A DNA stretch of 64,000 nt from Owenia fusiformis (Eukaryota), in assembly GCA_903813345.2 (NCBI GenBank), contig CAIIXF020000001.1:32984001-33048000 (forward strand), read 5' to 3'. Each line of letters opens with the position of its first letter. The stretch's first letter is position 1. Positions 40,712 through 52,979 of the stretch are shown here, piece by piece. A program made the position numbers and the translations under genes. The notes below the pieces were generated by a model that worked only from the letters and a program-made list of their open reading frames with translations, did no database searches and was not told the origin of the DNA.

Positions 40712-41816
40712 AAAATGTAAACAAAGGTGTTCAAAATTTGGATCAAGGTGTTCAGATTTGGACCAAGATGTCCACATTTTGAGGGGAGGTGTTCAACATT
40801 TCCAAGTCACTCATGTTAGGTGTTCCCAAGTTGACAGGCCTGAATAGCACACATAAAAATGGTGGCCATTTTTCAAAATGGCCGACTACTCCCCAAAGTT
40901 TTATTAGACAATGTGCCAGGCTTAAAGTATTCACATGTCAAATATTAACAAAATCGCTCCACTACTTTTCGAGTTATAGTAAAATACGTTAAAATGGTGG
41001 CCATTTTTCAAAATGGCCACCTTCTACCAAAAGCGTCATTAGAAATAGACAGTGTGCCATGCTTATAGTATTCACATACCAAATATGAACAAAATCGCTC
41101 CACTACTTTTCGAGTTATAGTACAATACATTAAAATGGCGGCCATTTTTCAAAATTGTTTTCAAAATGGCCGCCTTCTACCAAAAGTGTCAAAGGACAGT
41201 GTGCCATGCTTATAGTATTCACATACCAAATATGAACAAAATCGCTCCACTACTTTTCGAGTTATAGTAAAATGCGTTAAAATGGTGGCCATTTTGAAAA
41301 ATGGCCGCCTTCTACCAAAAGTGTCTTTAAACAGTGTGCAATGCTTATAGTATTCACATACCAAATATGAACAAAATAGCTCCACTATTTTTTGAGTTAC
41401 AGCCAAAATCGTAAAATGACGAGTAAAGGCCGCCATTTTTCAAGATGGCTGCCATTGGCTTCTTTAATATCTACATTTGTAGCATTATTAATGTCCTTTA
41501 TAATTTTTTTTACATTTAAAACATATTGCTATTACAGTTTTACATATTGCACCTAAGTTACTGTAAAATCGTCACTAAAATGGCCACCATTTTGAAATGA
41601 GCGGCCATTTTGAAAATCGGCTTTCGAGCAGAACTTCTACCCCCATAGGGTATATGTGTACAAAATATGAACAAAATCGGTCCAACGGTATTTGAGTTCT
41701 TGCCTGGACGGACAGACGGACAGACGGACGGACGTACGTGCGTACATACGGACGGACGGACGGAGGCGTTCCCTATATCCCTTCGAACTTCGTTCGATGG
41801 GATAATCAAGTATTAA

Positions 41817-43225
41817 CAGACTTGCCAACCTTCCGTTTTATTACGGGAATCTCCCGTAAATGTTTTGTTTTTCCGTAAAAAATACCAAACTCCCGTACTG
41901 TTTTCTCCCGTAAAAACTCCCGTACCGTATTTCTACTAAAATCTCCCATAATTTCTTTTAAAAATATGGCCGTAAAATCTCCCGTATTTTTGCTGAAATC
42001 TCCCGTAAAATCTCCAGTATTCTGGTATAACTCCCGTAAAATCTCCCATATTCTTGGTATTACTCCCGTAAAATCTCCTGTTTTCTGGTATAACTCCCGT
42101 AAAATCTCCCGTATTCTTGGTAAAACTCCCGTAAAATCTCAGTTTTTTGCTGTCGAAATCTACTGTATTTAAAAGGAATTTGACAAATTTGTGACCTTGA
42201 TTATTGCAGGCACGCTTCTTTCTTTTACTTCAAGAAGGATTGGCTCCCATGGTTCACTATCGATACTTTCATAAATAACTTAGTACTTCATTCCCATGAT
42301 TCAAATTGCTTTTCTGCGATCAGTTCGGTATAATTTCGCACACCAAATGTCCACAAACGGGGGCCAGTTCATATTCTGTCGGGAGAATACATTTTGTTTT
42401 TATATGGCGCTAAACAAAATATTCCCGCAATAAAAGGCGCATTATGGGTAGGGAATGCTGTGAAATAATGAAAGTAAGTGACATCTAAGATTATAAGTTC
42501 TAATTAATTTATTAACTGCTGGATGTAATGCTCATGCGCGAAAAACCGAACTACTATCTACTTTACACCAGTGTTGTGTTGGAGAAGTATATACATGGTA
42601 GAGGATACCACCACCACATTTTTTCATAAATCTAGTTAACTCCAGTTTTTTCAAAATCTACTGTAAAAACTCACCTTTTTTAAGAAATCTACCGTAAAAA
42701 CTCATGTTTCTTCAAAATTGATCCTAAAAACTCCTGTTTTTCAAAATCTACTGTAGAAACTCCTGTTTTTTAAAAATCTACCTTAAAAACTCCAGTTTTT
42801 TCAGAATCTACCGTAAAAACTCCCGTTTTTTTTAAAAAATCTACCGCAGAAACTCCAGTTTTTTCAAAACCTACCGTAAAAACTCCCATTTTTTCAGAAG
42901 CTACCGCAAAAACTCCTGTTTTTCTGAAATCTTCTGTAAAAAAAGTCACGTATTTTAAAATTTACCGCGAAAAATACCCTTTTTTAAAAATCTCCCGTAA
43001 AAACTCCCGTTTTTTCAAAATCTCACGTAAAAACTAGTTTTTTTTCAAAATTTACCGCAAAAACTCCAGTTTTTTTAAATCTCCTGTAAAAACTACCGTT
43101 TTTTCAAAAATCTCCCTTAAAAACTCACGCTTTTTTCAAAAAACTCACGCAAAAACTTCACTAAACCACTACGCAATTTTTTTTTAAATCTCCCGAAAAC
43201 TTTTCATTTTAGGTTGGCAAGTTTG
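41817..43225. mobile_element. hAT-like non-autonomous element with ~32-bp subterminal tandem repeats
   Basis: TIR CAGACTTGCCAACCT / AGGTTGGCAAGTTTG; many CTCCCGTAAAA units at both ends; no clear TSD. Confidence 0.7.
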
Positions 43226-44249
43226 TATATACATACTGTTTCAAAGTGAGTTGAATCGAGAAAATATTAGGGTTTAATCATATCATACTATAAACATGAC
43301 TAAGACGTGCGAGGTGGGGAAATAAATTTTTGGCGTTCAGAAAACGCAGCCGAGTTTTCAGTTCTGCGTCCCTCTACTAAATTTTGGTGAATTTTGGCAA
43401 AAAACGTCATCGCTGAAAGGCCAGCATTCAGTAACTACAAAATTGTTGAAATAACAAAGTATACTTACTGAAGTAAAAATCATTATTATTGTTTACTACC
43501 TTGATTCTTTTTAAGATTGTAGATTTAATAAACTCCATCGATCTAAAGAACTACTTTTAAGATAATGAAACAGATCATCATTCTTTTAACTGATACTTTT
43601 TGTACTTCTTCCAAATTCCTCTGGTTTACCCCATCTCTAAACATTTACGTAATTATGACGTAAGCATTTAAATGCTTGATAACATTCAACACAGGAATAC
43701 TGAGAATGCACACGTAAAGGTCATGTTGCAGAAGGTGAAATAATTGTAGTTTCATAATTCATAAACTTGCTGCTAAGTTATGGCATACACTATACTGTTT
43801 ATGCCAGGATATAACTAGTATGTATCCAACAGACTGACGAGAAGTACTACTGTCCTGTGGAAATTGCAGTGAAATTTTTTGCACAAAATTATCAATTACA
43901 GGAACCATTTCTTCAATAAAATAAACATTACAAAAATTCAATTAAGTAGTAAGATACATTTAAATGCAAAAATGCAATAAAAGTAAACAACATACTGTCA
44001 AGTGGAAATAAAACTAGTTGAAGTAACAAATAATCAATATGCAAATTAATTCACTCCATCGGCCATTTTGAATAGCACTTCCTAAATAAACAAATATTTT
44101 GAATAACCAAATCTTAACATAGGTTGCTTATACGTAGTCTGAATATATTCAGACTAAATAGGATATAGTCTAAGGATATAACTAGCAGTAGCATACTGGC
44201 TAAAAATACATTGTTTGTACTGTAAAACACCTCATTTTATCCCCTTCTT

Positions 44250-44535
44250 CAGGCCTGTCAACTTGGTAGGTAAGAAATATTTCAGGCAAAATGCGTGACA
44301 TAAACTGTATCCGCGTGAAAAGTCCGAATGAAATGCGTTTCGTTTTTTTTCGTTGTTCGGTTTTGTGGCATATTGCCGATCATTTTTCAAAATTTTTCTA
44401 CAGGAATATTTTTGCTGGTCAATGATCAGGTAAAATGCGTATTTGCGTGACATACTCTGTCACGCAAAAAAAAACTAGTGTGAATTTTCCAAATGCGTGA
44501 CAAATACACAAATTGCGAGACAGTTGGACGGCCTG
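44250..44535. mobile_element. hAT-like MITE, 6-bp TSD
   Basis: CAGGCCTGTCAACT ... AGTTGGACGGCCTG; TSD CTTCTT. Confidence 0.8.
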
Positions 44536-44916
44536 CTTCTTGCAAACAGGAGAAGGTAGTAGGAATACTGACTCATATACTCGGGATTTACTCACATTTG
44601 TGCAAATTGTGCTCTGGTTCTTATTTATGGTTTAGCGAGTCGACCGTTGATTGGTTTAAAACTAGGTCAATTTGAAAACTTTGAAAACCAAGATGTAAGT
44701 TTTCGACAAAAGGAGGTGCGCAAAGGAGGAAATATGTCATCAATTGAATCATGGGGTTTTCCCTCCACTTGTGGTGACCATAAATAATGACTAACACTAT
44801 GAAAATGACATTCTGTCACATATGACATAAATTCTTACCTCAGTGAATTGAGTGCTCTATTTTCTCCCGTCTCGGAACGTACAAATATAGTGGAATTTGT
44901 GTCCGTAATGACATGG

Positions 44917-45323
44917 CACGCGGTCCTAACTTCGACCATTAATTTGAATTTTTGACCTACCGGATGTTTGAAAATCAAGGATCGCGAGTCTCATACTGCA
45001 CCGTTTTTCTTCAAACTTATACCATTAAAAGCAGAATAAAATTGCCTTTCTGTCGGTGCATTACTTTATTGTAAAGAGTCCCTCGTTCTAGCAGTGTTTT
45101 GGTCCCCAGCTGTTAGAAGGCCTTCTTACAGCTGGGGACCAAAATGCCGCTGGAAGTAGGGACCCTGTTTCAGAGAATAATGTACCATCAGAAAGGGATT
45201 TTTGTTATGCTTTGAATGGAACAAGTTTGAAGAAAACAATGCAGTATGAGACTCGTAATTCTTGATTTTCAAACATCCGGTAGGTCAAAAATTCAAAATA
45301 ACGGTCGAAGTTAGGACCGCGTG
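44917..45323. mobile_element. Fully palindromic MITE with CAC...GTG termini
   Basis: CACGCGGTCCTAACTTCGACC / GGTCGAAGTTAGGACCGCGTG; arms pair to the centre near 45120 (AGAAGG|CCTTCT). Confidence 0.85.
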
Positions 45324-48296
45324 AAATGGGAACTTAAAAATTTGAAGTGATATTCACATGTTAAAGCAGATATGAAATGGTATTTTTAACCTAAAGGAAT
45401 CAATATAATTTTTTGATAAATGTATTTGGACATGTTTTCTCATCAGTAGCGTGAAAATTATTTCACTCTAACGATCGTTATAGCTGCTTAATAAGCAATA
45501 TTCGAATTGGTTGTGACGTTATTGGCCCCCACGTGATCTCTCACTGGTCCCCACGTGGCCTGTTTTGGTCCATTAGATCATGACGTCATAATGTCAAAAT
45601 GTTTTGTTATTTGTTTACACAACAATCCTATGGTTGCTGTGACGTTGTGATTACTAAGGAACCAATAAACCAAAGCTATATTTTGTATATGATGTTACTA
45701 ATCACGTGGGGGCTAATTTGATTGATCAGTTAGTTTTACTTCGTTATCTATGACCGTTAGCAGTTATCTAACATTTATTTTATAATGGCTATCGCAAGAA
45801 CTCTACGTTGGGCTTATAATGAAGAAAACCGCATTTTTGTAGCTGCAATTGAGAAAAGCTATTTCAGTTGTCCTTTAATGCCAACTCTTCAAAATGTTGA
45901 GGTGATTTTGGAGCCCGATTACGCCGCAAGGAGGATTGGCTCGAAGTCGGAATGCATCATGACACGTGCCAGCTTTCAAAATGCCATTCCACCCTTTTGA
46001 AACCTGTCACGAGTAAATAAGGTTAACTGATGTTGCATTCTGGGAGTCAATCCTCCTTGGATCACAAACATAGCGATTCATGAAAACATTCCTTCGATTT
46101 GCTAGGAATTTATCCATCATTTGCAGGTATGAAGCTTTGGATTCATTTATTGTGCTACTTAGAGTGAACAGGAATTATTTTTGTACCGCTTGGGAGAGTT
46201 TGAGACATGAAACTTAAAATTTAGCTCATTGTGACAACTTTTGATGGTTGAGATTCATAATGTCTCCAACTGTATTTAGTTGAATTTAGCGATTGGATAG
46301 ATCTAGTAAACATTGCACTAAGTACTCATTATTTTGCAAACATGAGTGCCTGGAACGATATCGACATGAGTATAAAATCAAGATAATAATTATTATTGGC
46401 TCGTGCTGAGGCAAGAGCCATATTTAACTTGGGTTTAGTAGTAAGTGATAACGACAATGGACTGAGGTTTAAACGTTAGGTTACTAGTAGAAAACCTAAT
46501 GGGTATTAATATTTATTGATGAAAATGAGTTTTCCTCGAGCAAATGTTTAACCCTAAGGTGTTAGTTTATAATAAAATTGCGTTAGAGAGGGTTTCAAAC
46601 AACATATACGCACATTTTACAACAACACCATGAAAACTGTGCACTGATTTTCGGCAACATGATTTCCTAAATACGACAGAAATACGAGCGACTTCTTGAT
46701 CTAGAATTGTGAACAATTTACAGCATTAAAAAAACTCCGAACATTTAACTATTTTATAATATCTTCGGAGAACGAGAATCAAATTGACCCATCTTCACTT
46801 GATATGTTTGGATGTTTTTTAAGAGGTCCAGGTACTCAGACCTTCACAATTTAAAGATGTTAATTTAAGAGCAAAAAAGGCTCCAAAACTTTAATAAAAT
46901 ATGTAGTTTGGATGTTCAATTATGTCTGTGGATTATATTTTCTACCTCAAAGACTTATAAATACCTGAAATTTGCAATAAAAGTGCCCAAAAATTGTTGT
47001 TTCGAAATTCCCCATTTTTCCTGTATCGCGCCAGTCACGTGACCATTTCACGTAGCAGGCAATGCCTAGTATTACAGATATTACAGTACATATTTCAACA
47101 TGTTCAATATGGCAAACATCAGCGATTCTGATTCCCGGGTTCTGGGAAATGGCTATATATAAATCGGCGAGAGGGTGTTATTTGACTGAGGACAATTTAA
47201 GGAGGGAAATATGTCAAAGTATGCCAGTAAAAGAGCAGATATGGGGACAAGTACTATGACGGAAAATCAACTAAAAAATGTGAGTTCTGGAATGAAGACC
47301 CGTTGCCATTGACTGAGGATCCCAGCGATCCTATTATCCTACTCAGTTAAACTTAAGACTTGAAAACAGGTTGTGAAAACGGGTTTTCTGCAAAGTTATC
47401 AAATTTAGAAAATATGGATCTTGTTTTTGAGTGGCTTAACAAGCATTTGGATACAAGACTTGGCGCTATCTCTTGTCAAATACACGCAGACTTGTAGTAA
47501 ATTGTCCATTGCAAATTGCAAAATCAGATCGTCAAATTAATCGCTTCGTTTTTAAACGTATGCTTCATATCTTCATCCAAAACTTTAGGATTCGATAGAG
47601 ATAAGTTATAACTTGTACAGGAAGAAATGGCAGATCCTACCTTAATTTAGAATCGCTGATTTCTCTGGACAAATTCCGAGAAGAAATTGTTCAACATCGC
47701 GATCAGCTCAGCCTACATGTCGTGCATGTCACTCTGAACTCGCGTGATAAAATACGGCATTTTGATTGGTTACTACTCGTGTTGTCATGATGCGAAAAAC
47801 AATAGTAAACACTGAATATGTTAATGAACAACCATTGTCTTTCTGATTGGTTAACTTTACACGCCTCCTAAATGAATATAGTAGTCGTAGTAAATGATTC
47901 ATTGATAACTATGAAAGTGGGCGTGACCAGCTTTATTTTGACACCAAATTCAAGATGTTTCAAATAAAAATTGCCTCGCAAGACAGTTTGATACTGATAT
48001 GGTCTATGATAGATCAAAATTGCCTGCCCCGCGTCATATGTCACGTGAGCCTATATTTGTTGAAAAATGAAAGAGATAGTGACACTTTTTAATCTTAAGT
48101 TAATACCAATATTACAAACACATATCTATTTTTTCATTAAATATTTATTTCTTCATTATACATACATTTGTTTTACACTGCATTGATTTATTTTTGCAAA
48201 ACCTTTGCTATTAGATCTTTAAAGATTTTAATCAGTTCAAAATGTTCGGATTTTTTCTACTCTTGCCGTTCAGTAAATTACAATCGCGACTAAAGT

Positions 48297-49435
48297 CCCG
48301 GGGGGTTCACTGTATATAAAACTCGATGGGGGTCCTAGGCTGAAGCCTCAAATATCAATATGTTCCCATACCAATCTGTCAAATTTCAATATGTTCCCAT
48401 AACAACCAAAATAGCGCCCAAAGGCCATACCAAATGTCCAAATATAGTACCAATGCCATACCAAATGTCCAAATATAGGACCAGTGCCATACCAAATGTC
48501 CAATTATGGGGCCAATGCCATACCAAATGTCAAAATGTAGGACCAATGCCATACCAAATGTCCAAATATGGGACCAATGCCATACCTTAATTCAAAGTAA
48601 ATGAAATATAGGATCAATGTCATACAAATGTGCAAATACAGGACCAATCGCCATACCTCAAATCAAGGACAAATGCCATACTGTAGTTGTGAAAGATACC
48701 CTATTCCCTCGCCAGTTTGAAAGACCCTGAGACCTACAGTAGCCTAGGTCCCCGGGAGTAGATCTAGGCCTGAAAACAAAGTTGAAAGCCCACAATTTCT
48801 AATTTAAACAAGTTCATTAACGTGTACATTTATATGCATAAAATTAACAATTCGGAATGAAAATATTATTATTTCCCGTGTATTATTTAAACGATTTGAA
48901 AATGTTGATTTTTAATTCTATAAAAAAAAATTTCTAAGAAAAATCCACAAACCCGTTGAGAAAATCAGGGATAACGGAAAATAATCAAGGTCTACCGCCT
49001 TCAAATCTGTATATTGGAATCACAGTATATCAGTCGATATAATGAACCGGCACTAACCTTTAAATATCGCTACCATAAGCTTCAAATCATCAAAGCCTAT
49101 GATTGGTCCTCATTCTCGGGAAAAGGGCTAAAATTCAAAAGTTGAAGAAGGCCCTGGAAAAGAAGATACTTCGGGAAACGATCCAAAACAACTTCAAATT
49201 TGCAACTACTGGACCAATGCCATACCACGAATGTTAGGTAACGTATCTACAATGACCATTCTCATACTAGAAGAGCAAAAGTCCGACCATTGCCATACCT
49301 CAGAAGTCCGAAATTTCTGGGCATTCCCATACCAAATCCTAAAATATGGGTCCATTGCCATACCAAACGTTGAAAAAGGTACCCCACATGCGCCGAGGAT
49401 CCCCGTCAAGGTTTATATATAGTGAACCCCCCGGG
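48297..49435. mobile_element. Non-autonomous DNA transposon with CCCGGGGGG termini and internal ~32-bp repeats
   Basis: TIR CCCGGGGGGTTCACTGTATATAAA / TTTATATATAGTGAACCCCCCGGG; flanks CTAAAGT / TTAAAGT (7-bp TSD, one mismatch); CCAATGCCATACCAAATG repeats. Confidence 0.85.
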
Positions 49436-49703
49436 TTAAAGTAAGCTTGGCAATTTACTTATTCAGTGAAACTTGACTTACAGTTGGGGACAAAAATAAA
49501 TGACAGGTCGATTTTCGATCACCATTTCCTAATTATGGTGGTCTGAAAGCCCATAATTTCCAATATTGTCTAGATATATCCCTTAAAATTTGTATATTTT
49601 ACATTTTGTATAATCTCATCCACTGATGTATGGCCTCTTGTAAATTCTCTTATTTTTAACATGGGAAATCCTCACTTCAGCAAATCCACCTGTCATTTAT
49701 TTA

Positions 49704-52441
49704 CAGTGCTGGTATATATTAATTGATCAGTCGTTTAATTGGCATATTTTCTTGAATTTTAACATTTAATGTTCCAAACTCCCACAAACTGCAGAAAAGT
49801 ATACCCTATAAATCATATTTACCAAAATGAGTGTCTCCAAGGCTTCACACCAGCGTATGTATAATGCATTTGTCACGAGTTTGAGCTGAAATTTCGCCAA
49901 AATGGAGTAGGCTAAGGGTAGTCTCTGCCAGGTTTGTTTATTGTGGTAAGCTTGTAAGTGCTCAGAAGCAAATAATTCATGTGCGCAAAATAATCAAATA
50001 ATCTGATTGGTCTAAACTTTGCTGCACATGCGCACAATGTGTGCCATGTTTTTTCTAGTGATTTCGTTTCGTTTCATGGAGTTTGCGTTTCAGTGTAACT
50101 TCCGCAAAAATGCCGGACCATGGACAGAATTAACAGGTAAAATCACTCCGAAATTTCAAGAGTACTTTTTACCTATAATCACGGGATGTCATCGCCTGAT
50201 TTGGTCAATGTTAGGGAGCAGGTCGTTTTTACAATAAATTTCAATATTTTCACACAAAATATTTTTTTACTGAAAAACTGCTCATTCGCAGAGAAAATGT
50301 ACTAGCACATGCAATGACAATGTCAATCACGCTTCTGTACTAAATTCGGCGGAAGTCTTTTATAATCTAATACGAAGTTACTAAAAAAGGCGCGAACGCC
50401 CTACACTCAAAATGATCGTTTTTCCATTATAACTTTTTAACGTAATTTAACGAAGGCTTCTAATTATTATCCAAGATAGTCTAAATACCGATTAAAATAT
50501 TTCTTACTTCAAACAGATACGCCGTCTTTTATTCAATTTTTTAAAAAATAATAAAAAATAACTCTTGTCAATGTTAGGGAGCAGTCAATGTTAGGGAGCA
50601 AAATAATTTTATCAGAATATTAAAAATGTAGCAAATGGCCATTTAAAATATGTATGGCATTTATAAACTAAACAATATTGTTTGTATGATTATTTGATAC
50701 CCTTTTGGGGAGGAAAGCGTTAAAATTGTAAGAAAATCATTGAAAAGGTTATTTTGCATTTTTTATTTTCAGCTAAATCCTGTTTACGTTCGTTTTAGAA
50801 ATATTTAGATGCGAACCATTCCTTCTTTATTCGTTGACCTCTAACTGTAAATGAATGGATGTATCGTTATATACACTTTTTGATGATGTCATCACAATCC
50901 TAAATTGTGGATGATAAATTATCTGAACTGATATATAGGCTTGAGAAATCTCCGACATCCTTCAGTTCTATGATTTGATATTTTCCTAGTATTAAAGTAA
51001 GAGAGTTAGTCTCGCACTTATCTTTACGACCGGGTATCACCTGATAGCTGGCACAAACGCTATGAAGGGCTCATTGCGCAGTTACATGTATGATAGTAGA
51101 TTTTTACACGTATATTTCAATTTGTCAATACTCAGACAATGCAGTATATAACCGATCTCTGTTATATGTGTACCACTTGCTAATGATACTCTAAAGCCCG
51201 GTATACACCAATGGGACAAGTTGGGACCTCCATAGACTTAACATGGCGTGGGACCTAGTGGGACCTTTTGGGATTTTGCCCCATGAAGTCCGTGGGAATC
51301 AATGGGACTCCGTCGGATTTTGCCCCAACTTGCATATAATCTTGCCCCATCGAGTCCCATGAGGTCCCACGTTGGACTCGATGGGATTCGATGGGGCAGG
51401 ATGGGGCAAAATCCCACGGAGTTCCATCTTGCCCCATCGAGAATGAACATGTTCATTCTTTCCATGGGGCATCGTGGGATTTCCGATCAGGTCACATGTT
51501 ATGTGAAGCCCAACATACACCAATGGGGCAAGGATAAAACCATTTCGCCCCACTGCATTGTTTGCTCCGCCACATTGATCATACTTATTTTTTATTATTT
51601 AAAAAAAATTAAAGAAAGGTGTACCTGTTTGAAGTAAGAAATATTTCAATATGCACTGAGATTATCCATGATAATAATTAACTTTCCTTCGTCAAAAATC
51701 TTTGAGAGTCCATTTTCTGAAGATAACAAAAATGCAAAACAATTTTTTTTATCGATTTTGTTAAATTTTGTTAAGGCAAGGGGTTTAAAATAATCATTCA
51801 AACAATATTGTTTAGTTTATAAATGCCATACATATTTTAAATGGCCATTTGCTACATTTTTAATATTCTGATAAAATCATTTTGCTCCCTAACATTGACT
51901 GCTCCCTAACATTGACAAGAGTTATTTTTTATTATTTTTTAAAAAATTGAATAAAAGACGGCGTATCTGTTTGAAGTAAGAAATATTTTAATCGGTATTT
52001 AGACTATCTTGGATAATAATTAGAAGCCTTCGTTAAATTACGTTAAAAAGTTATAATGGAAAAACGATCATTTTGAGTGTAGGGCGTTCGCGCCTTTTTT
52101 AGTAACTTCATTTTAGATTATAAAAGACTTCCGCCGAATTTAGTACAGAAGCGTGATTGACATTGTCATTGCATGTGCTAGTACATTTTCTCTGCGAATG
52201 AGCAGTTTTTCCGTAAAAAAATATTTTGTGTGAAAATATTGAAATTTATTGTAAAATCGACCTGCTCCCTAACATTGACCAAATCAGGCGATGACATCCC
52301 GTGATAATAGCAAAACTTTTGTTTTATTTGTGCATTCTATCTATCAGATAAGAGTCTCAGGGGTATGTAGGCAAATTCATTTTGATAGGAGCACTCTGTT
52401 TAGTTTGAAAACGCACCCTTAATTATTATATATCAGCACTG
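49704..52441. mobile_element. Tc1/mariner-like element, TA TSD
   Basis: TA|CAGTGCTGGTATATA ... TATATATCAGCACTG|TA. Confidence 0.8.
50180..52303. mobile_element. Transib/Chapaev-like non-autonomous element, ~520-bp near-perfect TIRs, 5-bp TSD
   Basis: ATAAT|CACGGGATGTCATCGCCTG ... CAGGCGATGACATCCCGTG|ATAAT. Confidence 0.85.
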
Positions 52442-52979
52442 TATGTCCCCAACTGTCATAGAAAACACTCTTCTGTAAGGAACACCTGCTTTACAACTCA
52501 ATACAATTCATTACAACACTGCAAACATCTCCTTCACACGAAGCTTCATTTTTTTAAAATGATCTCTTGTTTCTATTCGTATCTAGTATATTCACTCATT
52601 ACATCTAGGCTAATTATAGTAACTTATAGATGGCAGAAGGTGCTTACCATTTTGAAATCACTCATGTTTACCTCGTGGTTGAAATTAGAAATCGACATTT
52701 GCACTTCAATTAGCTGATTGTTGTTGATGTATAAGAAAACGAACTTAAAAGTCCTTCGCCAACATTAACAAATGACAAAATTTAAATAATCCAGGTGAAA
52801 ATATCTAACAAGGCTTGGATTTCGGGAAAAAGCCCGGGAAAATGGCGTGTTTGAAATATTGCTCTAAGACCATGAATCTAATATTTAATCCTTTAAGAGA
52901 CCCTCATGTCACATGTTGAATATTTAAGTTATTATATTTTCAATTTACCAATTTTCTCCTTTATCACAATCATACTTAC

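Larger units (their letters stand above)
33849..40842. mobile_element. hAT-like MITE (own sequence ~33849-34213 and ~40712-40842) split by a 6.5-kb insert
   Basis: Perfect 14-bp TIR CAGGCCTGTCAACT / AGTTGACAGGCCTG; TSD AATAAC/AATAGC (one mismatch); GGTGTTCAAAAT subterminal repeats on both sides of the insert; ends related to 44250-44535. Confidence 0.75.
33630..41806 (-). mobile_element. HINE family A split by a 7-kb insertion (host parts 33630-33848 and 40843-41806)
   Basis: Left part has the AAAGCGTAGCGAATCCCATCGAAC end; right part has the array and GTTCGATGGGATAAT end; joining restores AAAATAACACACATAAAAATGGTGGCC as at 23314-23340. Confidence 0.7.
49481..52455. mobile_element. Tc1/mariner-like MITE with its right TIR split by a nested insertion
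   Basis: TA|CAGTTGGGGACAAAAATAAATGACAGG; right TIR reconstructs as CCTGTCATTTATTTA (to 49703) + TGTCCCCAACTG (52444-52455). Confidence 0.75.

Noticed and set aside
40458..41828. ORFs rich in VRPS/RTDG (also at 1774, 3660, 25171, 59291)
   Set aside because: Translations of HINE microsatellite ends, not proteins
43759..43941. Candidate upstream ATXN7L3 exon with acceptor ttccacag
   Set aside because: Translation shows no similarity to the ATXN7L3 N-terminal CFEVHR region, and there is no convincing phase-1 donor
45360..48290. Possible Kolobok-like elements or degenerate genes (ORFs 45785-46000, 47062-47259)
   Set aside because: Could not pair termini or recognise any protein motif
51238..51637. 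Cluster of overlapping ORFs on both strands
   Set aside because: Internally repetitive TGGGA/TCCCA transposon fragment with no recognisable domain
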